Part shown: positions 39,141-39,141 of the stretch, piece by piece | Numbering within the stretch: the first letter of the stretch is position 1 | Layout: each line of letters starts with the position of its first letter | Assembly (NCBI GenBank): GCA_963772455.1 | Contig: CAVYXJ010000023.1 | Location: forward strand, 1-39,141 | Source: Candidatus Bathyarchaeota archaeon | GTDB taxonomy: Archaea > Thermoproteota > Bathyarchaeia > Bathyarchaeales > Bathycorpusculaceae | DNA length: 39,141 bases | Direction: 5' to 3' | Notes under the pieces: model-generated | Databases searched by the model: none | What the model saw: the letters and a program-made list of their open reading frames with translations, nothing else | Told to the model about the DNA's origin: nothing | Program-made: the position numbers and the translations under genes

Positions 39141-39141
39141 T

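Noticed and set aside
1-39141. Many 60-135 aa ORFs antisense to or nested in long genes (e.g. 1385-1669, 9473-9877, 28863-29252, 30650-31009)
   Set aside because: Shadow ORFs of well-supported genes, with no motifs of their own.
1-39141. tRNA, rRNA, IS/transposase or provirus genes
   Set aside because: None recognised by eye; a covariance-model scan was not possible.

Overview
AT-rich prokaryotic DNA that looks archaeal (TATA-like boxes close to start codons, frequent TTG/GTG starts, protein families I associate with Bathyarchaeia; the taxon is an inference). It opens with a TupABC-type tungstate ABC transporter. The rest is accessory-like: a CPA1 Na+/H+ antiporter, two PAS histidine kinases with no response regulator in the window (one translationally coupled to an orphan solute-binding protein), several large surface proteins (beta-propellers, a collagen-like protein, a subtilase), and two toxin-antitoxin pairs in which only the toxin is broken. 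The most notable element is a tightly coupled operon (23257-26159): one HTH regulator, with a palindrome over its promoter, followed by four membrane proteins that all begin with the same RIRGWFPxE peptide. Other highlights are a G-U-rich long hairpin with its own candidate promoter upstream of the antiporter, four dispersed paralogs of an unannotated ~75-aa protein, and a propeller fused to an apparently inactive M50-like membrane domain. Several single-base frameshifts may be sequencing errors. No rRNA, tRNA, CRISPR array or transposase was recognised.
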